A DNA stretch of 64,000 bases from assembly GCA_024276995.1 (NCBI GenBank), contig JAJRWB010000012.1:24173-88172 (forward strand), read 5' to 3'. Below, one piece after another: positions 20,643-29,416 of this stretch. Under the pieces are notes generated by a model. That model was not told the DNA's origin, did not search any database, and worked only from the letters and a program-made list of their open reading frames with translations. How positions within the stretch are numbered: the stretch's first letter is position 1; each line of letters starts with the position of its first letter. Origin of the DNA: Candidatus Eiseniibacteriota bacterium (GTDB lineage: Bacteria; Orphanbacterota; Orphanbacteria; Orphanbacterales; Orphanbacteraceae). The position numbers and the translations under genes are program-made.

Positions 20643-21623
20643 ATGGATATCGCCTATTTCTCAACCGTGCTCTCCCTTCTCGCCGACCGGACGATCGACG
20701 TGACGGCGTTGGAGGCGATTCCCGGGGGATACGGCTCTCCCCGGGTCGATCGAATCCGCCTCGCGCGACCGTTTTGCGGGCACTCGTCGGTGGTGGCGAA
20801 GTATGTGCCCGCGGGGGCGGGGGGGGAAGTGAGCGCGTACCGGTGGTTCGTCTCTCCTTTCGTCGGCGAGGAGTTCGGGCCGCTGGCCATGGTGCACGCC
20901 GAGGAAGGGGGGTGGTGGATCTTCCTCCCCGATTTCGGCGACGAGACGCTCGATACGACGAGCGCCCCGGCCGCCTGGCGCGAGGCGGCGCGGTGGATCG
21001 CTCGTTTCCAGGCCGCCCCTCTCCCCTCCCTCCCGGCGCGGCTTCCGCGCGGAGAGCGGTTTCTGTCGTGGAGCCGCCGGGGCATTGTCCGCCGCCTTCG
21101 CGAGGGAGGACGGCGCCTCGAGCGCTTCGAGAAGATCGTCGATCTTCCCGGCGGCGAGACGATGGTGAGGAGATGGGGGAATCGCGCCGCCTTCTTGAGG
21201 ACGGTCCTCCCCCGCGTGCCGGGGGGGTTCGAGCGTCCGCTCCATGGAGACTACAAGGGGAAGAACCTCCTCGTCGACCGCTCGGCCGGCGATGTCCGGA
21301 TCCACCCCGTGGATTGGGCGAATGCCGGGTTCGGCCCGCTCTTTCTGGATATTCACACCCTTGCCCGCGACCTTCCGCCCGGCGAAAGGGAGGACGTGGT
21401 GGGCGCCTTTTTCGACGAAAGGACGGACGTGGGGTCGACGCTCCTCTCCCGCGACGAAGTCTCCCTCGGAATGGCGATCGTCGCCTTGATGAATAGTCTT
21501 CTCAGCATTGTCGTACTCGCCGACTACCTGGAGCGGGGCGTGGATGAGACGGGTACGCCGTTCACGCTGGCGCGAAGGTTCGAGGAGATGGAGGGCGCCT
21601 TTGCGGCGGCTGCGGCCTTATGA
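20643..21623 (+). CDS. APH/choline kinase-like phosphotransferase
   Basis: VVAK, HGDYKGKNLL (Brenner-like motif), VDWANAG. Confidence 0.75.
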   Translation: MDIAYFSTVLSLLADRTIDVTALEAIPGGYGSPRVDRIRLARPFCGHSSVVAKYVPAGAGGEVSAYRWFVSPFVGEEFGPLAMVHAEEGGWWIFLPDFGDETLDTTSAPAAWREAARWIARFQAAPLPSLPARLPRGERFLSWSRRGIVRRLREGGRRLERFEKIVDLPGGETMVRRWGNRAAFLRTVLPRVPGGFERPLHGDYKGKNLLVDRSAGDVRIHPVDWANAGFGPLFLDIHTLARDLPPGEREDVVGAFFDERTDVGSTLLSRDEVSLGMAIVALMNSLLSIVVLADYLERGVDETGTPFTLARRFEEMEGAFAAAAAL

Positions 21624-22813
21624 AGATCGGTTTCGTGAAGATGACCCCCCTCGACGACGACGGTGCGCCGATCTCCGGTGTCGGATCGGTGGTTCGCGAC
21701 TGGATCGAAGCGCTCCGCCGCCGGGGTCACGACGCGGAAGTTTTTGCCTTCAAGGATCATCTTACCACCGGCGAGAACGCGACGGCGGTCTATCGGAAAA
21801 GCCTTTTCGGCGACCGTCGTCTCGGTGCGACGCTTCGCCGGTGGTCGGAGGATTCGGGCGTGGAGATTCTTCATTTCCATACGTCCCTCCGCCAGACTTT
21901 CCGCGCGCTTCGCCGCCCGCTTCCCCGCCCGGCGATCGCGTCGCTCCACACCTTCGAGGCGGTTTGTCCGCTCTGCACGAAACGTCTCCCGGGCGGGGAG
22001 GCGTGCCGCTTTTCCCCGGGGCCGGTCTGCGTCCGGCAGGGGTGCCGTTCGGTGCGGCGCTATTGCATGCACGATCTTCCCGCTCGTGCGCTCAGGCGTC
22101 GTTCGTGGAGGTTTCTCTCCCGCGTGCTGGTTCATAATCGCGCCCTCGGCGAGGCCCTCGGGGGAATGCTGTCGACGACGGCGGTGACCCGGGTTCCTCT
22201 CGGTGTGGATGTCGCGAGGTTCGCCGCGACCCGCCGCCCGGGAGACGGGAGAACGGTCGTGTATGCGGGAAGATTCCGGCGGGAGAAAGGGGTTCACCAT
22301 CTCATCGCGGCGTTCGCGCGGGTGCGAAGGAAGATCCCCGCCGCGAAACTTCTTCTGATCGGCGCTGGCGAGGAGGAGGCGCCTCTGCTGAATCTATGTG
22401 ATCGTCTCGGCGTGAGCGGGTCGGTCCGGTTTACGGGCGCCGCGGCGCGCCGGGAGATTCCGCGACGTCTTTCGGGTGCCTCGGTGGCGGTGCTTCCGTC
22501 GATCTGGGAAGAGAACTTCGGTCTCGCCGGTCTCGAGGCGATGGCCGCCGGGCTCCCCGTCGTGGGATCGGACATGGCCGGGATCCGCGAATGGCTCGAG
22601 AACGGACGGAACGGTTATCTCGTTCCTCCCGGCGATGAAATCGCCCTGGCGTCCGCCGTCGAGAAAATTCTGCGGGACAACGGACGTCGGCGGGAAATGG
22701 GACGGGCGGCGCGGATAACCGCGGAGGCGTTCGATATTCACGCGGTGACGGGCGCATTGGAAAAGGTGTACGAACAGGTCATCGCGGAAGCGGGAAACGA
22801 GGTGGGTGGTTGA
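21620..22813 (+). CDS. glycosyltransferase family 4 with Cys-rich insert
   Basis: GRFRREKG, LPSIWEENFGLAGLEAMAAGLPVV; CPLC...C...C...C insert. Confidence 0.9.
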   Translation: MKIGFVKMTPLDDDGAPISGVGSVVRDWIEALRRRGHDAEVFAFKDHLTTGENATAVYRKSLFGDRRLGATLRRWSEDSGVEILHFHTSLRQTFRALRRPLPRPAIASLHTFEAVCPLCTKRLPGGEACRFSPGPVCVRQGCRSVRRYCMHDLPARALRRRSWRFLSRVLVHNRALGEALGGMLSTTAVTRVPLGVDVARFAATRRPGDGRTVVYAGRFRREKGVHHLIAAFARVRRKIPAAKLLLIGAGEEEAPLLNLCDRLGVSGSVRFTGAAARREIPRRLSGASVAVLPSIWEENFGLAGLEAMAAGLPVVGSDMAGIREWLENGRNGYLVPPGDEIALASAVEKILRDNGRRREMGRAARITAEAFDIHAVTGALEKVYEQVIAEAGNEVGG

Positions 22814-23802
22814 ACGGGAGAATCGTTCCGCGGAAAGTGCGGCTCGAAGCGACGAGCGTCTGCCAGCTTCGTTGTCCCGCGTGTCCGACCGCGACGCGGG
22901 TGATCGCCCCGGTGATCGGCCCCGGTTATCTCGCAAAGGAGGATTTCGACCGCTTCATCGACGGCCATCGCTTCGTTCGCCATGTCGAGCTGTCCAATTT
23001 CGGGGAGCTGTTCCTGAACCCCGACCTGGCGGACATCCTGGAAATCGCCTACCGCCGCGGCGTGGCCTTGTCGGCGGACAACGGCGCGAACATGAACCGC
23101 GCGCCCGACGAACTTCTCGAAGCACTGGTCCGTTTTCGTTTCCGAAGTATGGCCGTTTCCATCGACGGGGCGAGCCGGGAAGTGTACACCCGGTATCGCG
23201 TCGGGGGCGATTTCGACCGGGTCATCCGGAATATTCGAACCGTGAACCGGTTCAAGGAGAAGTACCGGTCCCCGTTCCCCCGCCTGGCGTGGCAGTTCAT
23301 CGTGTTCGATCACAACGCCCACGAGTTCGAGAGGGCCCGCGCTCTGGCGTCCGGATTGGGCATGGAATTCCGGCCGAAACTCCCATGGAACGAATCGAAA
23401 GTTTCCGCATCGATGGAACCTCTTCGCTCTTCCCTTCCCGGAGGATTCCTTTCGAGAACGGAGTTCGCCTCGGGGAGGGGAAGGCATTATTCCGGGGCGC
23501 TCTGTCACCATCTGTGGCACGAACCTCAAGTGAACTGGGACGGTTCGGTTCTGGGCTGTTGCGTGAATTACTGGGGCGATTTCGGGGGAAACGTCTTCGA
23601 GGACGGTCTTCTCGCCTGTGTGAATGGCGAGGGAATGAAGCACGCCCGCGCCATGCTTCGGGGGAAAGCGCCCGCGAGGAAGGATATTCCGTGCAGCGCC
23701 TGCGACGTCTATCGTTTTATGGCGGAAAGAAAGAGCTGGATCGGTCCCTGCGAAATCCTCCGGGCGCGTTTCGCGGCGCTTTGGGCGGGAAGGAACCCCT
23801 GA
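22810..23802 (+). CDS. radical SAM protein with SPASM/Twitch domain
   Basis: CQLRCPAC, NFGELFLN, SIDG, CHHLW...NWDGSVLGCC...CSAC; TTG overlapping the upstream stop. Confidence 0.88.
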   Translation: MNGRIVPRKVRLEATSVCQLRCPACPTATRVIAPVIGPGYLAKEDFDRFIDGHRFVRHVELSNFGELFLNPDLADILEIAYRRGVALSADNGANMNRAPDELLEALVRFRFRSMAVSIDGASREVYTRYRVGGDFDRVIRNIRTVNRFKEKYRSPFPRLAWQFIVFDHNAHEFERARALASGLGMEFRPKLPWNESKVSASMEPLRSSLPGGFLSRTEFASGRGRHYSGALCHHLWHEPQVNWDGSVLGCCVNYWGDFGGNVFEDGLLACVNGEGMKHARAMLRGKAPARKDIPCSACDVYRFMAERKSWIGPCEILRARFAALWAGRNP

Positions 23803-23821
23803 AAAGGGCCGTCCATCCGTG

Positions 23822-24283
23822 TCATTCCCCTTTCCTTTCTTTCTCGAGGAAGAGAACTTTCTTCTGAAGCTCCTCGATCTTCTCCGACATCATGCGGATA
23901 CTGCCGGCGAGTCCCCGGATGAACGCGTTGGCGAAGGCGGGGTAGTCGGCGACCGCCTCGAGAAACGCCTCCTGGTGGAGCGAGAGGGCGTGCGTATCTC
24001 TCGTGATCCTGACTTCGTCGAAGACCGCTTCTTCGACGCCAAGAAGGCGCAGCAGCCCGAAGGCATATCCCTTCAGCGCCCGCCGAACCACCACGCCCCC
24101 GCGGAGCTGCTCGACTTCACCGTCTAGAATGAAGAAGAAACTCGTCGCCGACTCGCCGGTGGACGGGATGACTTCCCCCGCTTCGAAGCGAACCTCTTCC
24201 GTTCTTGCCGCGATGAGGGCGACTTCATCGGTGGGGATCGTCTTGAAGAGATCCTCCTCCATCAGGGCGATCGCCTTTTCCAT
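23822..24283 (-). CDS. cyclic-nucleotide-binding (cNMP/Crp N-terminal-like) domain protein; start uncertain
   Basis: EKAIALMEEDLF, FEAGEVI, FFILDGEVE, FGLL; see frameshift finding. Confidence 0.75.
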   Translation of the reverse strand: MEKAIALMEEDLFKTIPTDEVALIAARTEEVRFEAGEVIPSTGESATSFFFILDGEVEQLRGGVVVRRALKGYAFGLLRLLGVEEAVFDEVRITRDTHALSLHQEAFLEAVADYPAFANAFIRGLAGSIRMMSEKIEELQKKVLFLEKERKGE

Positions 24284-24288
24284 GATGC

Positions 24289-26892
24289 TCAGTTCATTAA
24301 TGCGTTGCGTGACGATCCCTCCCCCCCGGCGACGGTGAGCTTCTCCATGGCCCACCGGGCAGTGTCGCGAATGATCGGATCCGACGATTTCATGTGATCA
24401 TAGACCAGGTCGAGATGGATATCGAGTTTCGTCGATCCCACGACGAATAGACCGATCGCTCTCAACCATGCCTCGCGGCTCTCCAGAAGTTCCATGATCG
24501 TTCCGTATACCGAAGGAGAACCGCGGTGCAGCACGAAGCCGGCGCGTCTTACTTTTCCATTGAAGGAAGATTCCTCGAGCACGGGGAGAAGCGTTTTCTT
24601 GTGATCCTTTTCGAGGATCGAATCGAGATACTCGATCGATTGCGCCCGCAGCCGCCTGTTTCGGCCGAGGTAACCTCGGTGGGCGAGGAGCGTGTCCCGG
24701 GTGGGATAAACGAGGGCGAGCCTTCTGAAGATCCGCTCGAGAGACTGGGCGGTTCGTTCGTTGATCACCCGGCCAAGGAGTCTGCGAACGTCTTCATTTT
24801 CGATGGAGAGCACCGCGCGCTGCTGGACGAGCCGTTGGCAATAGCGAAGGATCTCGCCGTCCAGCCTTTCACGGACGATTTTCCACGGCAGCGAGACCGC
24901 CGGGTTTTTCAGGCGGATCTGGTTGAGCGATCGGAGCACCTGGTTCATCACGATCCGGTTGGTTCCGAGGTGGCCTGCCCGGAAAAGTGAATATGCCGCA
25001 TCCTGGCTCCCGATGGCGGCGAGTACCCGCGCGATCTCTACGCGGGTGGCTGGACTCACCGAGTCGTCGACGAGCCTGTCGCCGAGGAGGCCGACGATAC
25101 GGTCGCCGTAGAGGGTGAGACTCTCCCTGGCGTCCTTGCGGTCCTCCCCTTTTTCGAGTCGGTCGATCAGCGCCGGAACGAACCGGCCGTCGCGGGTCAA
25201 CCCGGCGCTCCTCATCGCGGTGACGCGCACATCTCTTTCCGGATCGTCGATCAGTTCGCGGAGCCTGTTTCTCGGTATAGGCGATCCGAGTTCTCTTCCG
25301 GCGGCGGCGGCCACCGCCACCCGGTCGGCGGTCGTCTCCTCGAGGCTCATGTCCGCCATCGCCTCGCCGGATGCACCGTCCCGCTGGAAACCGGTTTCCC
25401 ACTCGAGTCCCTCCACGTTGGCGCCGCCCGCGATCAACATGGCAAGTGCTCTCGCCCGCACCGTCGGGGACGGATGGTGGAGGAGGAGCGAGCTTTTCTC
25501 CCGAACCGCTCCCATGTTGCCGTTTCGGAGAACCTCGAGAGCGTAGAGTACGCGACTTTCGTCTTCGCTTTCGAGGAGTGCCACCCAGTCGGTGGAAGGG
25601 TCCCACGTGGTGACGGGCGACGGCGCCTGCGTGCGTATCGACACCGACCGGTGGAGTGGGCGGGAAGCCTGCAGACGATACGATCGACTCACGGCGAACT
25701 CGAGGGCGAGCCAGCCGGCGGTGAGGACGGTCACCGCCAACGTGATCTCCTTCATCCCGCCGTTTCCCGTCGTGTTGAGGAGGAGGATGAGAAGCCCCGC
25801 CCCGGCGTCGGCGCTCCTCGCGACGGCCACATCGATCAACCGCTTCGCCAGCCGTCTCGTATGATCGCTCAATGGGAAGTAGAGGAATTCCCACGCCGTC
25901 CTGGAAATCGACACACGGAGGGTCGCGTCGTAGAGACGGGTGGAAAGAACGAGGAGGAAGAAGGGGGAGAAAAGCGTGGCCACCGATCCGGCGAGTATCC
26001 CCACGGGGAGCGCCAGTGCGGCGCTTCGCGGACCGAAACGGGAGAGGACGAAACCGGCGAGACCGAGCTGCGCCGCGAGGGCGATCACATTTTGGGCGCC
26101 GTAGAACCCCCCCAGAAGCGAGGTGATCCGCCCCGATTCGGCGAAGTGTTTCTGGAGAAAAAACTTGAACTCATAATCGAGTACGGTGGAGCAGATGCCG
26201 CCCACGAGAAAAAGGGCCACAAGCAGCCGCACATACGGCTTCGACAGCGCTTCGCGAAAACCTCCGCGCGCCGCTTTCCGGCGATCGGCGAGGAGCGGGG
26301 CTTTCTCGCTCTCCTTCACACCGCTCCGGTTCGACAGGATCGCCGCCGCGGCGTGGAGGGCCGCGGCGATGACTAGAATCCAATCGGTTCCCACCGAACC
26401 GCCCAGAAAAGTGGCGGCGCCGCCGCCGGTGAGACCGCCCGTGATACCGGCGGCGCCGATCATGGCGAAAAGTCGCTTCGCCTCTCTCGGGTTGACCCTC
26501 TCGTTCACCAGGATCCAGAACTGAGAAATCAGGATGAGGCCGTACGCGCCGCTCCAGAGGTAGAAGGCCACCGCCGCGACGCGCGGCGCCGCCGGGAACC
26601 AGAGGGCGAAGAGGATGAGCGAAAAACCGGTGGAACACAGGGCGAAGGAGAGCGTGTTGTGTGCGGCTCTTTTCGCCGTGAACTTTCCGAAGCCGTAGAC
26701 CGCGAGTGCCGTCCACCCGGCGACGCCGAGGTAGACGTAAGGGAGGTTGCTCGCGGGAAGCTCGGCGAGGAAGAGACCGTCCCTCGCGATCCTTGCCAGG
26801 GTGAATGAGAGAATGATCAAGAAGTGAAGCGATCCGAGAGAGACGAGCAGAGGGATTTCCGTTTTTCTGAAATGAAACAGACCGCCGCTCAT
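24289..26892 (-). CDS. NTT/TLC-like (ADP/ATP carrier family) transporter fused to HEAT repeats
   Basis: RIARDGLFL, SQFW...NPREAKRLF, LDYEFK, LYFPL...K..ID..RSAD; C-terminal HEAT repeats (DPERDVRVTA, RLRAQSIEYLD, DPIIRDTARWA). Confidence 0.85.
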   Translation of the reverse strand: MSGGLFHFRKTEIPLLVSLGSLHFLIILSFTLARIARDGLFLAELPASNLPYVYLGVAGWTALAVYGFGKFTAKRAAHNTLSFALCSTGFSLILFALWFPAAPRVAAVAFYLWSGAYGLILISQFWILVNERVNPREAKRLFAMIGAAGITGGLTGGGAATFLGGSVGTDWILVIAAALHAAAAILSNRSGVKESEKAPLLADRRKAARGGFREALSKPYVRLLVALFLVGGICSTVLDYEFKFFLQKHFAESGRITSLLGGFYGAQNVIALAAQLGLAGFVLSRFGPRSAALALPVGILAGSVATLFSPFFLLVLSTRLYDATLRVSISRTAWEFLYFPLSDHTRRLAKRLIDVAVARSADAGAGLLILLLNTTGNGGMKEITLAVTVLTAGWLALEFAVSRSYRLQASRPLHRSVSIRTQAPSPVTTWDPSTDWVALLESEDESRVLYALEVLRNGNMGAVREKSSLLLHHPSPTVRARALAMLIAGGANVEGLEWETGFQRDGASGEAMADMSLEETTADRVAVAAAAGRELGSPIPRNRLRELIDDPERDVRVTAMRSAGLTRDGRFVPALIDRLEKGEDRKDARESLTLYGDRIVGLLGDRLVDDSVSPATRVEIARVLAAIGSQDAAYSLFRAGHLGTNRIVMNQVLRSLNQIRLKNPAVSLPWKIVRERLDGEILRYCQRLVQQRAVLSIENEDVRRLLGRVINERTAQSLERIFRRLALVYPTRDTLLAHRGYLGRNRRLRAQSIEYLDSILEKDHKKTLLPVLEESSFNGKVRRAGFVLHRGSPSVYGTIMELLESREAWLRAIGLFVVGSTKLDIHLDLVYDHMKSSDPIIRDTARWAMEKLTVAGGEGSSRNALMN

Positions 26893-26953
26893 GGCAACTC
26901 CCGGAAGAAACACGCGCGGGCGGCGGCTGAAGTGCACGGCGCCCGGAAGAGCG

Positions 26954-26962
26954 ATTGTAACA
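26954..26962 (-). promoter_or_regulatory. extended -10 element for the NTT-HEAT gene
   Basis: TGtTACAAT about 60 nt upstream of the ATG. Confidence 0.4.
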
Positions 26963-27029
26963 GACGAAGCGCGCGCACACATCAGAGGCGGCCTTGCCGC
27001 GGGGGGCGGTGCTCTGGTAAACCTCTTCC

Positions 27030-28541
27030 ATGCCAGGGAACCAGACCGGACAGATCGAACCACCCGTTTTCGCCGCCATCGATCTGGGGTCGAACAGTTT
27101 TCACATGGTGATCGCCCGGCTCGACGGGAGAGATCTTTTTGTGATCGACAGGCTTCGCGAACCGGTGCGCCTCGCCGATGGCCTCGACGCCGGAGGGAAC
27201 CTGGGTTCGGCGGCGGTTCGCCGGGCGATACTCTGTCTCGAACGGTTCGGCCAGCGGACCGCCGGCATATCGCCCGGGCGGCTTCGCGCCGTGGGAACGA
27301 ACGCCTTGAGGCGGGCGGAAAGCCTGACCGCCTTCCGCCGTCGCGCCGTGGAGGCGCTCGGCCATGATGTCGAAGTGATTTCGGGCCACGAAGAAGCGCG
27401 CCTGATCTACCAGGGTGTGGCGCATACCCATTCGTACGACGGGAGGAAACGGCTCGTGGTCGACATCGGCGGCGGGAGCACGGAGCTGATTGTCGGCCGC
27501 GCCTTTGAAGTGCTTCGCGCCGACAGTCGGGGCATGGGATGTGTCGACTTTACGAGGAAGTTCTTTCCCGGGGGATCGCTGGCGAGGGAGAACTTCGCCG
27601 CAGCCGCCCTGGCGGCGGCGCTCAAGATGCGTCCCGACAGGAAGGAGATCCGGAGTGTCGGATGGGAGGCGGTGGTGGGATCTTCGGGCACGATCAACGC
27701 GGTGTCGTCGGTGCTCGCGTCGAGCGGCTACAGCGATGGACGGATCACCCTCGCGGGTATCGAGTGGCTCGTCGAGGAACTGGTCCGCGCCGGCACCGCC
27801 GGCGCGATCGACCTTCCCGGGTTGAGCGAGGAGAGAAAGCCGGTGTTCGCCGCCGGCGTGGCGATCCTCTCGGCCGTCTTCCGGTCGCTCCGCTTCGATT
27901 CGATGAGCGTCTCGTCCGGGGCGCTTCGCGAAGGCGTGCTTTACGATCTCGTTGGCCGGTCCCGCCGTGACGATGTGCGAAGCCGGACGATCCGGCGGCT
28001 GATGCGACAGTACAATGTCGACGGAGAACAGGCTGTTCGCGTGGAGAAAGCGGCGAGGTTGCTCCTCAAGAAAGCGGCGCCCCGGTGGGCGACCGACGAG
28101 CCGCGCGCGGGAACACTTCTCACCCGGGCCGCCTCGCTCCACGAAATCGGGCTCGCCGTCTCCCACTCGGAGTACAACCGGCACAGCGAGTATCTTCTGG
28201 TCCACTCCGACATGCCCGGTTTTTCCCGGGACGAGCAGGCGCTTCTCGCGATCCTCGTCAGGAGCCACCGCAAGAGGCTCGTCCCCGGCATGTTCGAAGG
28301 ATTCACCGGCGCCGCGAGAGAGGAGGTGATCCGGCTGTGCATCCTCTTTCGGCTCGCCGTTCTTCTTCACAGGAGCCGCCAGGGCGAAGAGCCGCCCCCG
28401 GTGGATGTACGCGCCGAAGACCGCTCGCTCGCCGTTTCCTTCCGCGGAGGATGGCTCGACGGACACCCCCTCACACGGGCGGATCTGGAAAAGGAATCGG
28501 CCCGTCTGAAGGCGATCGGCTATCGCCTCGATCTCGCCTGA
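27030..28541 (+). CDS. ppx: exopolyphosphatase Ppx/GppA
   Basis: AAIDLGSNSFH, ISGHEEARLIY, DIGGGSTE, ALREGVL, LHEIG. Confidence 0.95.
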   Translation: MPGNQTGQIEPPVFAAIDLGSNSFHMVIARLDGRDLFVIDRLREPVRLADGLDAGGNLGSAAVRRAILCLERFGQRTAGISPGRLRAVGTNALRRAESLTAFRRRAVEALGHDVEVISGHEEARLIYQGVAHTHSYDGRKRLVVDIGGGSTELIVGRAFEVLRADSRGMGCVDFTRKFFPGGSLARENFAAAALAAALKMRPDRKEIRSVGWEAVVGSSGTINAVSSVLASSGYSDGRITLAGIEWLVEELVRAGTAGAIDLPGLSEERKPVFAAGVAILSAVFRSLRFDSMSVSSGALREGVLYDLVGRSRRDDVRSRTIRRLMRQYNVDGEQAVRVEKAARLLLKKAAPRWATDEPRAGTLLTRAASLHEIGLAVSHSEYNRHSEYLLVHSDMPGFSRDEQALLAILVRSHRKRLVPGMFEGFTGAAREEVIRLCILFRLAVLLHRSRQGEEPPPVDVRAEDRSLAVSFRGGWLDGHPLTRADLEKESARLKAIGYRLDLA

Positions 28542-28577
28542 TCCGCTCCCGGCGATGCCGCTCTTCCAGCGGGCGGG

Positions 28578-29387
28578 TCAATAGATTTCCGGTATGAACG
28601 TCTGATCGGTGATCGGGGGACGGATATACCCTTTCCCCTTCTTGCGGGGACGCAGATCGAAGGGGGGGGGCGTGAGATCTTCGTACGGGAAGAGGCTGAG
28701 AAGGTGGTGGATGCAGTTGAGCCTCGCCTTTCGTTTCACGTCGGCGTCCACCACGTACCACGGCGCCTGTTTGATATCGGTGTGGGAGAACATCACGTCC
28801 TTCGCCTTCGAGTACTCCACCCACTTGTCCCGCGATTCCATGTCCATGGGACTCAGTTTCCAGCGCTTCACAGGATCGAGATTTCGCGCCTGGAACCGGC
28901 GCTCCTGCTCTTCGTCGCTGATGGAGAACCAGTACTTGATCAGCGTGATGCCGGAACGAACGAGCATCCTTTCGAACTGCGGGCACGAGCGGAGAAACTC
29001 GAGGTACTGCTCCTCCGTGGCGAACCCCATCACCCTCTCCACGCCCGCCCTGTTGTACCAGCTTCTGTCGAAGAGCACCATCTCGCCGCCCGCCGGAAGA
29101 TGCTGCACGTAGCGCTGGAAGTACCACTGCGTCTTCTCGCGTTCCGTCGGGATGCCGAGCGCCACGACGCGGCAGATCCTCGGATTGAGACGCTGGGTGA
29201 TCCGGGTGATCACCCCTCCCTTGCCGGCGGCGTCCCGACCCTCGAAGATCACCACCACCCTCTTGCCGCGCTGCTTGATCCATTCCTGAAGTTTTACCAG
29301 CTCGACCTGGAGCTTGCGCAGCTCCGCCTCGTAGACCTTGCCGGTGAGGCGCCTCTTCTCTTTTTCATTCTTGTGGCGGCCGGACAC
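28578..29387 (-). CDS. ppk2: polyphosphate kinase 2
   Basis: FEGRDAAGKGG, WYFQRY, FDRSWYNRAGVERVMGF, WKLSPMD; GTG start with SD. Confidence 0.96.
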   Translation of the reverse strand: MSGRHKNEKEKRRLTGKVYEAELRKLQVELVKLQEWIKQRGKRVVVIFEGRDAAGKGGVITRITQRLNPRICRVVALGIPTEREKTQWYFQRYVQHLPAGGEMVLFDRSWYNRAGVERVMGFATEEQYLEFLRSCPQFERMLVRSGITLIKYWFSISDEEQERRFQARNLDPVKRWKLSPMDMESRDKWVEYSKAKDVMFSHTDIKQAPWYVVDADVKRKARLNCIHHLLSLFPYEDLTPPPFDLRPRKKGKGYIRPPITDQTFIPEIY

Positions 29388-29416
29388 GGTCTTTTCCCTC
29401 CCTCTCGCGAGTGATG

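Noticed and set aside
20643-21623. Aminoglycoside resistance gene
   Set aside because: Only the generic APH/choline-kinase fold motifs; embedded in a glycan operon with no mobile context.
9088-23802. RiPP cluster or anaerobic sulfatase maturation by the radical SAM enzymes
   Set aside because: No precursor peptide or RRE seen; the auxiliary domains are short, and the sulfatase-like protein has Thr, not Cys/Ser.
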